Assembly (NCBI RefSeq): GCF_009914755.1
Contig: NC_060937.1
Length of the DNA stretch: 64,000 nt
Strand: one strand, 5' to 3'
DNA from: the human T2T-CHM13v2.0 reference genome, Homo sapiens
Positions 39,278-53,744 of this stretch are shown one piece after another. The position numbers and the translations under genes are program-made. The notes below the pieces were generated by a model, which saw only the letters and a program-made list of their open reading frames with translations, did no database searches and was not told where the DNA came from. Each line of letters starts with the position of its first letter. Positions within the stretch are counted from its first letter, which is position 1.

Positions 39278-41074
39278 TGGTAGCATGAGAAGTGTAAGCT
39301 TTGTATATATGAGAAGTTATGTCCAGATGATTCTACATTAAGTAACTTACTCATTAATTCAGTAAACTGTTATGACGTGTTCCCATAAATGTGTGAACTT
39401 TTCCAAGTATGGGGGAATTCAAAGATGAGCGGACCCTAAGCTCTAGGAGATACTGATTAAAGGAGTCATACTTATAAATAAGTGAATATGTAATTTAACA
39501 GAAGGGAACATGTGTTATGGTGAATGTATAAACAAAAGGTTGAGTGAACATGAAGCATGAAGCAACTAACCCAATCTGGAGGTTTGGGTAAAGAAAATCA
39601 GTATTAAGCTGCAACTGGACAGGTGACAGGAGGATCAAATGGACTTCTCTGTGTCTGCAATGAAAGAAGTCTGAGCTAAGATTTTATTTAGAACTTATTA
39701 AATGCTCATAAAAGGATCAGATGAATAATTTAAATGAGCAAGTAACCAATGACATTCATTCAAAACTGCGTAAACTTATGCAAGAATGCATGTTTTCTGA
39801 TATTTCTGCTTTGTGGAAGCTCGCAGTGTGATCCATAATCATGTCACATGCTATTTTCACCTTTGATACTGTGAGATCCTTGAAGGTGGAGTCTTCATGT
39901 TATCCACCTTTGTATCCTGAACACTCAGCAGGGTGCCTGGTGCATTGTAGATGTGCAATATATGTTGTTCTGAATTGACTTACACCCACCAACCACTATA
40001 TTAAAAATAGAAAATAAAAGAAAAAAAAACAAGTTGTGTGACTTCCTCTAGACACAGTTGTAATTTACTATCTAGGACAGTCTCACCAATCAAGTATTTA
40101 TCTCCAGACCTTGAGAAGATAATTTACCTTCAACAATTATTATTAATACCTTTTACCAACTTGGGACTATGGCAAAATTGAACTTATGAAAAATGCCTGT
40201 CTTTTTTCATCCTTGGACCAATTATAGCGTTCAAAAACAATCTTTTTCAGGTTTCCAGATAGCAGTGTTTTTCAAATCTCAGGTTGCAAACATTGAATCA
40301 TTTTATCAATAATGTGCAAGATAGAGACATGTCCAAGGTTACTGAACCAGGATCATAAATCAACTCCTTGATGACATACCTCACAAGATTTAAAAAGAGA
40401 GATCATATAACACTTTGCAGATGGAAAGTCCCATACCAGTTGTTGTATATCAAAAGTGATACCAAAAGGCAATTTCTTAGAAATATATTAATTATGTGAT
40501 TGACCAGATCCGAAAGCATTTAGATAACTTGGGGATAAAATGAGCGTTGATAATTATTTTAACATTACATTCTAGCAATGCATGTTTGAATTTGCTGAAT
40601 AAAGAAATAGGTTTATATATTTCCACTGTTAACAGAAAAGCAATAAAATACTGCAAGGGAATTTTTCATTTGTTCTTGAAATCTGCTTCTAATGTTCATT
40701 TCACTCCCACTAAAGGCAGGTTATTACCTTGGATTTCCTAAAATCAGTGTATGCTTTAAAAGTGAATATTGAGAATTGTGGGTACTACTAAATTTAAAAT
40801 ACAGAATGACCAATGCCAGATGACCCTGACTAAAATAAACTAGAAAATTGAAGTGATTATAAAGATCATTTGCAGGTCAAAAAATAATTTCCCCCTCTTA
40901 GCCTCTTATGTCCTTCATTTTCCTATCTCCTGATTCTGTCTTTCCTATCTCAACTCTCCTTATTTTCTTAATTCTTTGCACATAGAAAGATTTTGCTTTT
41001 CCTGTCACCTCTGTTAGATGCATATACGGGTACTCCAAACACCTTGCTTGATAATTTCAGCTTGGCATCATCAT

Positions 41075-41490
41075 TACAGGATGTTAGGCTCTATAGCCTG
41101 GGTCAAATCTCAGGGCTACCACTCACTAGCTGAATGAGCTTTAGCAAGTTATCTCAATGCTCTAAGCCTCCATTTTCTCATAAATAAAGTATGAGTTGTA
41201 GCATTGTTTTGAAGGTTGAGTAAGATGATGCATATACCATGCTTACCAAACTTAAAATAAGCATAAACTGTTGTTGTTATCATGATTAACCAATGCCTCT
41301 TCCTTCTGGTTTAGTGTAAAAAGTGTGGCACACTGAACTGACACTGGACCAAAGATCAGATCACTTACCCTGAGGCCCTGGCTCTATGACCCTGGGCAAG
41401 TCATTTATTCCAGAACTCTGGTTGTCTCATCTGTAAGCTGGGAGGCATAGACAACACTACATTAAAGAGCCCTTCCACATGTGTTCTAAG
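41075..41490 (+). mobile_element. Two adjacent MIR SINEs
   Basis: ctgggtcaaatctcagggctaccactcactagctg..gcaagttat, and tgaccctgggcaagtcattt..tctcatctgtaag. Confidence 0.7.
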
Positions 41491-43819
41491 TGAATACATG
41501 CTCCACATTTTTACTCATAACATTCTTGTAGATCACTGGAATTGTACTCATTTATCATAAAAGTTATATAAGATATAGGAAAAAAAGTGGACCCATGAAA
41601 CCTGGTCATGTGGTCAGAGCCAAAGAGAATCCAGTTTGATGTAAAGTTATTTTACTCAAGTACTCTGTGGCAGGGATTCTGCTGAGGTAGAGTATTTGAG
41701 CAGAGCACCTTGAGACCAATGTCACAGAAAATATTCCAGCAAATAATTAATGGTGTGTGTATATATATTGCCAGCTACCCTGCTGGAGCCCAGCAATCTC
41801 TCAGAGGAGATTAGTGGTCCTTACCCATGTGTCCAACCATTTCAATACTTGCTTTTCTCAATGATCATTATCCTGAAATAAATCCAAATTAAATTTTATG
41901 AACCAGGATTGAAATTATGTGCCTTCAGTATCGAGCCTTCTAATAGCAGTTATTTTTATTGAAGTATTAAAGCAATTGGCTTGAGTCATCTTGGAAACAC
42001 TGCTTTCATATTTCAAATATGGTTAGGAGGCTGTCAGCACATATTACCAGGGATTGGAGATATTTGCTTATTAAATGATTTTTACCAGGAAAAACTCATT
42101 ACAGGAAACATCTTGTTTACAAGGGTGTCCTGAGGATAGCAAATGGAAAGAAACATGTTACATTGAATTATAGAAGTAAAATAAGTTGATTCAGCTAATA
42201 GATTCAATGGAAATATAAGATATTATTTTGCAAGTCAAAGACAACTGCAATTTAATTTAACTGACAGATTTCTACTGTAGGATGTAAACATTAGATAGAA
42301 ATATTTACTTGAAACTGTAGCGACCATTACATGTTATTTTGACATTCTAGTTTAGGCATCTATATCCAGTGATTTTTCAAATGTTATTATTATTATTATT
42401 ATTTGTTTTGCCCATACAAAGAGAAAATAAAGCAGAAGCACTAATGATGTTTGATGGTGGGAAGGATAGAGGAGAGGTTAAGAGAACAAGTTGTCAATGA
42501 GATTAGTTTTGAGTTTACTCCCTGGCTTTGTGAACTTTGGGTAGGGATTTAACCTCTTAGAGTTTCAATGACCTCATCTATAAAATGGAGATAAAATATA
42601 TTTAATGTTTACTGTGTAGTCAATGGAGATGATATGTGAGTGAAACTTAGCATGATGCCTAACACACATACACACACACAAAAATTGAGTAAACAGAAAT
42701 TTCACTACTTCTAACCATTCAGTTTATGCTTTCAGATCTTAGGACTTGGACTCGGCTTACAGATCCTGGAATTTGCAAAACACATTCCCTTTTTCATGGT
42801 CTCTTTTCTACATGCCTGATTTCTCACATTTTTTATGGCAGCTGAAATAGCATTTTAGTCATCTTTGTGTGCCTCCCTTCCCAAATCCATGGACAGTGTA
42901 AGTACTGAAAACATTTGGGTAGATGAATGGAAGAAAACAAAATGAACAAAGAGAGCCCCGAAGTCCCCCAAGAGGACACAATGGAGATACCGACTGCAAA
43001 GCAGGCATCTGGAATGCCAGCTCAGATGGCCTGCTTGTCCCCAGGAAAAGCTGTGAGAAAGGATATTATTGGCACCAGAAAAGTCTTACTAATGTCAGTA
43101 AAGACAGAACTTGGGTCCAAAGCATTCTCTCAGTGTGATGGTGTTCACATATGCCTTGTGTGCCTTTAGAACATAACTTAAGTGCGATAGTATGAACTGC
43201 TACAGTCCAAACCTTGTAGAGCATTGAACATCCATGCAGAACAGTTAGAAGAAGAGGGACTTCTGGTGAAACAGAGCCCACAATGAGGGTCAGAATGTCA
43301 TGAGTAAGTTATCATATTTGGAATCGTGATGTTTCCTAATAAGAGGACCAAGCCCTGTAAGTCTGAGCCTCGATTTTTACTCAGAATCCTAGAGAAAAAT
43401 GCTTAGTCAGAGGCTAACAAGGTCTTAGCCTCCTTGACCCACAGAGAAGAAATACAGGAAGGGTTAATACATCCCAGTTGGCCAAACCTGCAGAAGCAGT
43501 CACCCCCTCCCAGTGTACCTTGTAGTTTGACCATGGCACTTCACACACTTCGCACGTTCTATCTCCTGTTTGACTTTTTTGAGGGTGTTTTCTGTCCACA
43601 CTAGACTGAATCTCTGAGACTGGAATGGTATCTTCACCATTTTTCTGGTGTCGCATCACTCAGCATGCTGCCCTGTTCCCAGTCACCTCAGGAAAAAAGG
43701 TATAGGCCAGGATAACAGGAAGCACATGGAGTTTGGAGTCCCAAACACTCTGTATCATGAACTTCCTTCCCAATCCTCCCAACCAAGCCCTTCTTGGTGC
43801 CCCTTATCTCAGAGAACAG

Positions 43820-44350
43820 TGCCATCTGCCTCTAAGTTGCTCAAGTATTAAAGGCGGATGCATCCAGGTGCCCTCTTCCCTTCCTACACAAATCCAGCCA
43901 ATCACTTCCAGTCAATCATGTTTCCTTAGCATCTCTGGAACTGGTCCACTTAATTCTATTTGCCTAATTTACCCCACCATCATTTCTTGCCTGTATTATT
44001 GCAGCAAGGACTGATATCCTTTTCCCCCCTTGTCCTTCTAGCCCACTCTTCAATTTGCAGCCAGCGTGAGCATTTGCTGTCACAAATCTGACCATCTTTC
44101 TCTTTAGTTAGCTTTGAAGTCTCAGCTTTTTAGTGTGTCTTCCAAACCCCTTCTTGTTCTGACTCCTGCTGACCTTCCAGCTTCATTTCTCACCTCAACC
44201 TACCTCCTTCCCCAGAAGTACTGGGATATTCTTAGTTCCTTAAATGCAATATACTTTTCTTATTTGATGTCTTTTATCCTCTCCACCTGCAACATTTTTC
44301 CTTCTCTGCTCTCTGTCCTCTTTCTTTTTCTTTTTCTCCCTTCTGATAGG
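43820..44350 (+). mobile_element. L2 fragment
   Basis: ttgcctgtattattgcagca..ttgcagccagcgtgagcattt..aaatctgacca resembles sense L2. Confidence 0.65.
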
Positions 44351-44521
44351 AAGCATTCTTTGATATCCACGCTCCTAATAAATGTGGTTTAGCTGCTGCT
44401 CTTAAAACTACACTTTGGGACCAGCATGGATTAGGGATATTTTTCCCTAGAAGAAGAGATATCTAAGTTGAAACACAAAGAATAAGTAGGATCAAATGAA
44501 GCAGAAAGAGAGAGATCAGCA

Positions 44522-44522
<1 letters not shown>

Positions 44523-44553
<31 letters not shown>
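44523..44553. repeat. (TA)n microsatellite
   Basis: Read directly from the sequence. Confidence 0.95.
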
Positions 44554-44556
<3 letters not shown>

Positions 44557-47424
44557 TATTGAATGAGTAAATAAACGAATGAAGACAATTTGACAAGAAG
44601 CACCTGTAAAGCATGTCACTGAGACCTTGGTGTTCTGTTGGTAGCTTCTCTTTCTGAAGGCATAAGGTAAAACTGTCCAAATATAAATTTCCCTCCTAGT
44701 TTGCTCGCTCTCCAGAAAGCTCTGAGCATTTTGAAATATATTCTTATGATAGCTCATTTTATAACATAAGGAAACTAAAGCTGCCTGGCCTTATGGATGG
44801 AGTCACATAGTTATAGATAAGTCAGACACCAAGATAAAGAGCATTTCCATGAAGTGAGGTAGAGGCAGGTGTGGAATCCAAGCTTACTGAATGGTCTAAT
44901 GCTGACTTTTTTACACCTAGAATACCTTTGTGAAAATGAAATATATCAAGAAATGAGGACATTTAAGGAAGGCAGGCAGCAGAAATATGTATATCAAAAA
45001 GCTGAAATAATTGGATGAGCTATTCTCTATGAAAACCACATTTTTATCATAACTGGAAAAGATCTGTTATAAACTGAACAACAGAGAAATGTTAAGACCT
45101 TTTATATCTGTCCCCCTTGACACTACACTGAGAGCTATGCTGTTGTTATGTTTTCCGAATCCCTCTGTGGCTTCTCTTGTAAGTGAGCAGGACACTACAG
45201 AAGCTGACATGCGAAGGGCCCTGATAAACCAGAATGCTTTTTCCATACAGTAAATTCGAATGGTTATTTGAGCTCAACAGTGTTTTCTCTGGTGTTTGAA
45301 AAGCAAAAATAGAAGGATCCACCAAACACTGCAAGTCATGGAAACTATAGACGAATTGGGTGAGTTGGGGGCCCTGTGATGGCAGAGAGATGTCTTTATC
45401 CGAGGCAATGGTGCACAGGTAGACAAGCACACTACAGCAGCTCTGAGACATTTCCAGAGCCTTCCTTCGAAAGGGCATCCCTAAACAACCTGAGTCTGTA
45501 GAGGTGGATAATGGTGTGTGCATTATGAGTATGCACACAAAGGAGAATGTCTGTTATCCTTAGTGCAGAGTAAGTAACATAAAGTCTAGTGGAAATAAAA
45601 ATATATAAATTTAATTGTATGACATAATTTGTTGGCTATAGACATTCCCTTTCACTTCTTTCTTTTTCCATTTTTTCTTTCTTTTTTATTGACCCTCTTT
45701 TCCTCCATTCAGTGTGGAAGGATAAGCACTGAACAGAGCCATACTAGAGCAATCTACAGGGACTTGTTTCAAATTCAAAAATTGGGTGACCCAAGGTTCT
45801 AAAGTCTGTCAGATGAATTTGAATAATGCAGGTATTGGCACTCTATGGCAGCCACAAATGTGGCAGAGGTAATGAGTTTTGGAAGCTCCCCTGAGCCTCA
45901 GGCAGAATTACAATGTCAATCAAGTTTATTTCCTTCCAAACCTCCTTTTCTTTACCCAGGGATGGATTTGCTTTAGTTGGATGTCCAAAGTTCTTGACTT
46001 ACTATAAAGAAGTAAAAAGTGGATTGGATTTGGAGACATATAACATGAGTTTGAACCCAATCCAGTCAATCATTGCTTGGGTGATCTTGGGTAATTCACT
46101 TAAATTTGCTGCTTCTCAATCTCCCAACCTATAGATTAAAAAGTCACTCATTTATTCATCAAACAAATAGTTCTGAAAACTTAGTACATGTCAGGTATTA
46201 GAACTGTATTTTTTATGATTTTTTAAAAACATCATTTACCCCAAGAGTAAGTAGGTAAAATGTAAAGTATAATAGGAAGAGCATTACTGAGATCAAGTTA
46301 AGTGAGATAAAGTATCCAGTACTTGCTTACTTCACAGTTAACACTTACGGCATATTGCTACATCCTCAAGCCTACTTTAAAAAAAAAAAATCATTGTATT
46401 CCCCTTGTAAGAATTAAACCTCCCATCTCTTCAGTGCTGCAACTCTCATTAAGGTATCAATCTGATTACCTAAGTGAAGAACAGTAATTTACCCTTAGGG
46501 GAATTTATGCTCCCATAAATAACTTACTATTTTTAAACGGGAGCTTTTTAACTCTAATGGAAGTCAGCTCAAGGCAACCAATAACTACTAAGCACCTACT
46601 ATGTTTTAAGTCATGTGGAGATGTAATCCCCACCTTCATGAGTTTTGAAATCTATATGATTTGTAAAAATAATATATCAACCCATTAAAATTTAAAAAGC
46701 TAAATTTTGAAAGCAACAAAAGTTTTAAATGATTGATATTACAAAGGATTCTATGGGACCCTATGTAATTTCAAGTAAGTTATGTGTCGTGCAACCATTA
46801 CTGGAATAAGTGTTGAAAGAAAGGAGAAATCATTTTCTTGGTGGAAAATATTAGGGAGGCACAGGAGAGTTTAATGAATGTTGCCACCTGAGTAACTCAC
46901 CCACCTAGAGATTGCCCCCACTTCTTCCATTAATACCCTCACATAGCTCTTCATGCGAGTCAGATTCCATTCACCAGTTCTCTTCTCACTTCATAAATTT
47001 TTTTCAACATCCTTAGCTTAGCAAAATAAAGATCATCACTGTTACCAATTAGATCAAATACTTAAAAGGCCAAAGCAAAGCTCAGTCTTAACAAATAAGA
47101 GAATTATGAATCTATGAACTTGGAGGGAATCTTGTAGGTAAACACAAAGTATGATAAATAGCAACAAGTCTTTATGAAGCACATTAACATAAAATGACTT
47201 ATTTGATCCCCTCACCAACTCTGAAAATGGGAAAGGGCAAAGAAAGGTCACTTTTCCACGACCCTCAGCTGGTAGCTAGTGGGTATGGCATCCACCCAAT
47301 GCTTGTGTCCTATCTACCATTTAAAAATGTCATGTAGGAGAAAAACTTGCTATGCTCTTTCTTAGAAATTGAGGGTCACAAAAAGGTATAGTATGTATTA
47401 GTACAGGAGTTAAATGTGGACTAG

Positions 47425-47589
47425 GTTCTTGCCACTCAAAGTGTGGCCCACAAACTAGCAGCATCCGCATTACTTGGGAGCTTGTGAAAACACAAACAAC
47501 TGGCCCCATCCCAGAATTCCTGAACCAGAAGCAGCAGTTTAACAAGATCCCCAGGTGATTCTTATGTGCAATAAATCTGAGAAGCACTA
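47425..47589. mobile_element. MER5A1-like hAT-Charlie element
   Basis: actcaaagtgtggcccacaaactagcagcatc..ttgggagcttgt..tttaacaagatccccaggtgattc..tgagaagcact. Confidence 0.88.
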
Positions 47590-48599
47590 GCGTGTGTAGG
47601 TTCTACATCTCTGAGTTGGATACAACACAACTCAGAATTGTGCAAATAATGTAATATACAAGAAAACACTTTTTATATGAAAAAATACTATATAAGACTT
47701 CATAAAATAACAATTATTATTCTAATGTATAATAACCCAGTCATTCATATCAGCATATTGTCCTACAGTTGAATATAAATAACACAAATAGCTGGAACTC
47801 TTGGGAACTTGAAGGTAATCAAACTAGACTTAGTTCAGGTATAATATTTATCCCAGATGAGATTATAAATTTATATTAAGATGCCAATTTAGCAAATATC
47901 TCATGATGCAGGTTGCATTTTAGCTTATTATGGGAGGATTTTTTTATTGCGATTTTTTTTACAGCTACTCTGCTCTTCAGGATTATTTTAAATAGTGTTG
48001 TTTTTAGGCCAGTAAGAAATATCAATTATAACATATTGTAACCCACTAAAATATGCCTTTTAAAATCGTAGATTCTCTTCCATTTTTTTCCTCCTTCACA
48101 TTTACATGGCAAAAGGTTTATATCTTCAAGATCTAAAACAAAAAGACATGGAAGTTAACAAGAGCAGTGTGAAGCCTGAAGCCTGGAGTGCTGACCTCTC
48201 ATTCAGTGCTCCTTCCTCCCCTCCACTGGGGCTAAAAACTTTGCCAACATGTACCATGTGACTGCAACTGAATCTGCAATGGCATGCATTGGTATTTTCA
48301 CAGAGAGCAAGGCTATCAGCCTTGGAATCAAAAGACCTTGGCCGAAGTCCCAGCTTTGCTCATTTTAAACTTGAGTCTCACAGATCTTTTGCCCTTCCCA
48401 CCTCAATTTCACAACCCAAAAAAAAGGGCACCAGAAGCAATGGTATTTAAGAAATAAAAGGGAAATTTTAAACTCTGCCTTTTAAGACGTTCTGTAAAGG
48501 CCTTTGGTTTTCTCCTGAGGTTTTAACACATTATGCCTATACTGATCATCAAACCCAAATTATTTTCCCATTCTTTTAAAGTATGTATCTTCTGCACCC

Positions 48600-49560
48600 A
48601 ATATCATTTTGTTCAGTAAGCTTTCTGCAGATATTCAAAAAAGTACCCCCCAAAAGCACTGAGTATTTTTCTCCCTGTGTTCTCCTTCTCAGCCACCTTT
48701 GTGGCTCCTCTGCCCTTTCTTGTCCCTTGAGCGCTGGTGTCCCCAGGGCACTGCATTGGTCCTTTAGTCCGGCTCCCTGGGGGTACACCTCTAAATTATG
48801 CCTTCTAACTACCAAGAATTTCCACTCTGCATCTGCAGGTCAAACGTCTCTCCTGATGCCACTTCCACAAATCCACCTACCTACAAGGCATTTTTGGTGG
48901 TAACCTATAGTCACCCCAAAACATGTCAGAAACTGAGCTCACCCTTCTCATCCCACAACCCTGCTCCTCCTTCTTTTCTCGAGTTTTCTATTAATGGCCT
49001 CATCATTCTCCTAATGACCCAAGCCAGAAACGAGTTATCATCTGGATTCTGCTCTCTCCTACACCTTTTAAATACCACTGAGCAGACATGCTGCAGGTTT
49101 TACCATATAAATATCTCAAATTACTCTATACCTTTTCGACAGCTTTCATTCAAGCTTTTGTTAATTTTCACATGAACAGTAACCACCTTTCTCTCTGCCT
49201 CCAGCCTTGCCTTCTCCTAAAATCGAAAAAAGCCTAAAACTAATCTTCATATTTTATCAAATGTAGATCCCCAAGCGCAAAACATTTAATTCAGTGCAGG
49301 GTGTGGAGAGAATTTGTCTTTAACAACTGCACTCCTGGGGCAGCAATACAGGTCAGACCAGGAGAACTGACCTAATCTGTTCTCTACCATAAGAGGATAA
49401 CTCTTCTGATACGCAAATCTGATTAACCATGCCACTTCCCTGCTTTTAACTCTTCAGTGACTGCTATTTCCATTTAGGATAAAGTCCAAAGTCCTTGACA
49501 TAGACATTCGCCACCTGTCCTCTGCCTCCCTTTAGAGACTTGTCTTCTGCCACACCCCCA
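48600..49560 (+). mobile_element. L2 fragment with a MER5-like insert at about 49255-49370
   Basis: Pyrimidine-rich sequence resembling sense L2; ORFs 48583..49175 are chance frames here. Confidence 0.6.
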
Positions 49561-50082
49561 CCCATACATGCTATTGTGAGTGCATGTTGCCTGCACAGGA
49601 ACAAGAGGGGTAGAGAGAAAAGAGGCAAGGGAGGGATCCAGTACTGACTAAGAACACACTCCACATTCACTCATTTGATCCTCACAGGTGCTACCATCTC
49701 CATTCGAAGGATGAGGAAAGAAGCCCAAAGAAGTAGGGTAGCATGCCTGGGCTTCAGAGGCAGTGACAGAATCGAGACTAAAGCCAAGATGATCCAACAT
49801 CAAAACACCTTTGGCTTTTCCATATCTCTGCCATAGGACATACTTCAGAAAAACGGGATATGTCAAACTATATATTATGTCAATTATGGCCAAATGAAAC
49901 AGGGTAAACTTAAGTAAGATAAGGAGAAACCTGGCAAGTCCTAGCATTATTGTGGACTGCTGAAAAACCAGAGAACAGATCAAGACAACAGTAGTCACAA
50001 TATAAAGATACTTTTTAAGCAGATCCTTCAGAAAGGTCATAAATGTCAGAGAACAAGTTATAGATCTGAAAGGGGTAATGAA

Positions 50083-50174
50083 TATGGATATAGGTATAGA
50101 TATAGATACATATAGATACAGATATAGAGATAGATATAAATATAATATAGATATAGACATAGATATATAGATAC
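50083..50174. repeat. Imperfect (TATAGA)n repeat
   Basis: Read directly; explains the Y/L/I-rich parts of ORFs 49648..50208 and 50058..50291. Confidence 0.85.
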
Positions 50175-50789
50175 TGCAAATGCCAAACATGTGATCCAAC
50201 AGGTACACCTATAGAGTGAGAACAATTGTGATGTTGCAGTGTCTACCCAACCACACCCACACCCCAAATGTGATAGTACTGTTGGACACACCTCATTGAC
50301 AAAGAATTCAGTATCTTTTCTGTTGCTGCAAAGTCTTCTATGAATACTTTGTGAGGCTGCTCAAATCATATTTGCTCCAGGACAAATCAGTACAGGGCTC
50401 AGTGTCATACCAACTAATTTGAATAAAACAATAAGTGTGCCTATTTATATTCAGACCCATGCCCAGGAGCTCCCAGAGGTGTGGTAAGTGTTGCTTTGGA
50501 ACAGACATAAAATATACATAGTTCTCATTTAAGCTACTGCATATTTTTCTGGTGCCTCTCACAGCTATATTGATAGCCATGGTTCTAAGTAATTAGATGA
50601 GTGCTGGAGAAAGGAATTAAGTGTTAACATTTTATATCCTCAGATTGGCGAGGTTTTTTCCAGAGCTAATTAAATCAGTGTAATTCAATTCAGTTTTGAA
50701 AACCTACCTATCCTGATTACCCACTATGCGCGAGGAGCTGTGTTAGAAGCTATGGGGCAGACGTGGATATAAGGTGGTCAGAGAGGCTG

Positions 50790-50990
50790 ATGAGTGTAGT
50801 GGTTAAGCAAACGAAAAAGATCCTGGGGCCAAGACTCCTAAATCTGAAGCTCCGTTCTGCCCCTCTTTAGATGTATGGCTTTGGGCAAGGTGATTTTACC
50901 TGCCTGGGCCTTAGCATTCTCATCTATAAAAGGGAATGTGTCCCTTCTTCATAAAGCTTAAGGGACTGAATAAGTTATTGCCTGTAAAAC
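50790..50990 (+). mobile_element. MIR SINE
   Basis: gtgtagtggttaag..ggggccaagac..ttgggcaaggtgattttacctgcctgggccttag..ctcatctataaaaggg. Confidence 0.8.
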
Positions 50991-51019
50991 TGTTATTATA
51001 ATCCCAATCCTCAAGCCAT

Positions 51020-51710
51020 TTATTTTCTAGAGAGAGAGAGAAAAGCTCAAAGGAAGGTAAAAATGGGCATTGCTTTTGGAACCTGGAGAATAAAGAGAAA
51101 GAACACCTCCAACTGGAGGCTGAATCATAGAAGCCTTCGTGATAGGAGTCAAAGCCCAGGTGGGCTTGAAAGGATGGAGAGTGGGAGTAGAAATAGCCAT
51201 GGGAGGAGACTCTAGGTGCAGAGAATGGGAGAAGTAATGGCCCAGGGAGTGTTCTCACAACAGTGGGCAGTGGAGACTGGCAGGAGCATAGAGGTATAAA
51301 GGAAACCAGGAAATAACTACGGCTGGAAAACCAAGTCAAAGCCCCATTGCAGAATCTTTGGTGCCTTGCTAAGTATTCCCAACAATAGAGGGCATTGAAG
51401 GACTTGGAGGAAGAGACTGGTTTGACTCCTGCTGTGACTTGGGAAGTTCCCCCTAACAGCAGTGTGCACACTACACTGGAGGAATGAAAACTGGAAGGCA
51501 GGAAGACAGTAGGCAGTAGGTATCACGTCAGCCATGTGAGACATAAGTGAGCTTTGACTGGTACAGTGATAGTTGAAAGAGGTGTGAAAGAAGTTGCAGA
51601 ATTGGGCCATGATTGAATGTGCACACAGCAGGAAAGGGGGAGTCAAGGATAACTGAGAGCTCAACATGGGGAGGCTGGGAAGATGGAAATTACCATGGAC
51701 TAAGAGAAAG
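51020..51710 (-). mobile_element. L2 fragment
   Basis: Sequence resembling antisense L2; it underlies ORFs 50920..51471 and 51317..51748. Confidence 0.65.
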
Positions 51711-53015
51711 AACACAGAGTACCCATAATATGTAATTCTAACACCCATTCCCCACTAACCTGCCAATATTGAGTTCACTGCCAAATCTTAAAGGCAGACA
51801 GCCATTTGGCTAATGGTCAGTAAGCCCAATTTCCTGCCAGATATTAGGGCTTGCTTAAGAGTTTGCCTCATAGTGTTTGAGAAATGATACGCAACCTCTC
51901 CATGGAACATGCATTTTGTAATAGCAAAATTATCAAGAGCCTTTTCAGTGCTACAATTGAGATACTAGCTGTGAATCAATGTTCAAAAAAATCTTAATAA
52001 ATTGTTTCAGATGTTACTAGGAAGGATATTTCTGGAGTGTCAATTAGACACAATTATAGTTTGAGTTGAATAATTACCCTTTCTTGTACATATTTTGATG
52101 ATGCTTTAAAAAAAAAAAAAGACTAATCTGAGAAGAAAAAGATGATAACTCACATGCCATTAACTCCTTTAAAGAGAACACAATTCATAAATGAAATGCC
52201 TAATTTAAATGCAATTTAGAAAAACATTCCCAAGGATAAGCATTCAAAATCCAGCCTAACTTTCAGCAAACAGAGGGGAAGGACAGAAGCAGGCAGGAGA
52301 GAATGAGTAACAAGGGAAAAGAGAAACAGAAAATGAGAGCAAGTAATTAGGATGTAATTAGAAGATTTAGGGGAGAATAAGAAGAAAAATAAGACAGAGG
52401 GAGTGAAGATAAACTCTGTAAGTGGTAAAATTTTACCACTTCGTATCTCAACTCAGGAGTGGCAGGTGAGATGTTAGTGAAGATCATACAAGTAGTTAGG
52501 TCTGGGTTCACACCTCAGCGCATCCATTTGCTACTACAATCTTGGGCATCTCCATTGACATGTGTGTAAAACAAGGATAATTACAAGACATAGCATATGG
52601 CAGCTTTTATTAATACTCATCTTTAAGATGCGTCTTATCTTTACCACTATCCCCCAATATTAATTCACCCTACTCTGTTCCATCCAGATGTTCCCTAATC
52701 CAGTACCACAACCCTTTCTCACTCCCACCTGTAGGTATGTACTAGTGCTTTCCCCCGACCTGGCATGTATAATATATCTTGGGAGACATCTATGCTGATA
52801 TACACATACCTAGGCAGAGATGACAAACAGAAACAAATTATAAGTGTCTGTGTCCTGGAGTCAGATGATTTGGGTAGGGATTCCACATCAACTACTTACT
52901 AGCCCTGAGACATTGGGCATATCACTCATTCTTTCTGAGCCTCAGATTCCTCACTTGTTGAAAAAGTGGTGGGCAGTAAAGATTAGTGGGAGCATAGAGA
53001 TGCAAAGGAAACCAG

Positions 53016-53378
53016 TATATTCATCCGTTTTCACACCACTGATGAAGACATATCTAAGACTGGGTAATTTATAAAGAAAAAGAGATTTAATGGACTCACA
53101 GCTCCACGTGGTTGGGGAGGCTTCACAATCATGGCAGAAGGCAAACTGCAAATCTTACACAGCAGCAGGCAAGAGAGAATGAGAACCAAGTGAAAGAGGA
53201 AACCCCTTATAAAACCATCAGATCTCATGAGACTTAATTTACTACCACGAGAACAGTTTGGAGGAAACTGCCCTCATGATTCAATTATCTCCCACCAGGT
53301 CCCTCCCACAACACATGGGAATCATGGAAGCTACAATTCAAGGTGAGATTTGGGTGGGGACACAGCCAAACAATATCA
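53016..53378 (-). mobile_element. THE1 (THE1C-like) solo LTR
   Basis: Antisense THE1 ending gagatttgggtggggacacagccaaacaatatca; perfect TSD accag at 53011-53015 and 53379-53383. Confidence 0.95.
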
Positions 53379-53744
53379 ACCAGGAAACAACTAAGACTAG
53401 AAAATCAAGTTGAAGCTCCATTATGGAAGCGTATGCGAGAATTACCCTGCCAATATATACTTACATGTCTAAGATAAGGTCTATGCTCAATAAATGGTCA
53501 CTAGTACTAATTAAAAGGTAAACAATAATATGTTCTAGGTCCTGTGAGAAATCTTCTCAAGCAAATCCTGCCCATACCAATGTCACCATTCTCTAAGACT
53601 TGCTATGCTTGTTACATTATCATCAACCAATAACTTAGCCTGTGCTGTCTTATATCTCATCCACTAGCCTACCCATTTTGGTGCTTTATGACAGTTTATA
53701 TAGGCAATATATATTTAAATAATAATCCTGCTCTTTTTTATGTG

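Noticed and set aside
49648-50208. Longest ORF (186 aa, hydrophobic) as a membrane protein
   Set aside because: It is built from a (TATAGA)n repeat and a MIR, with low complexity and no recognisable domain.
50920-51748. 183-aa and 143-aa ORFs
   Set aside because: They lie in decayed L2/MIR sequence and have no recognisable host-gene features.
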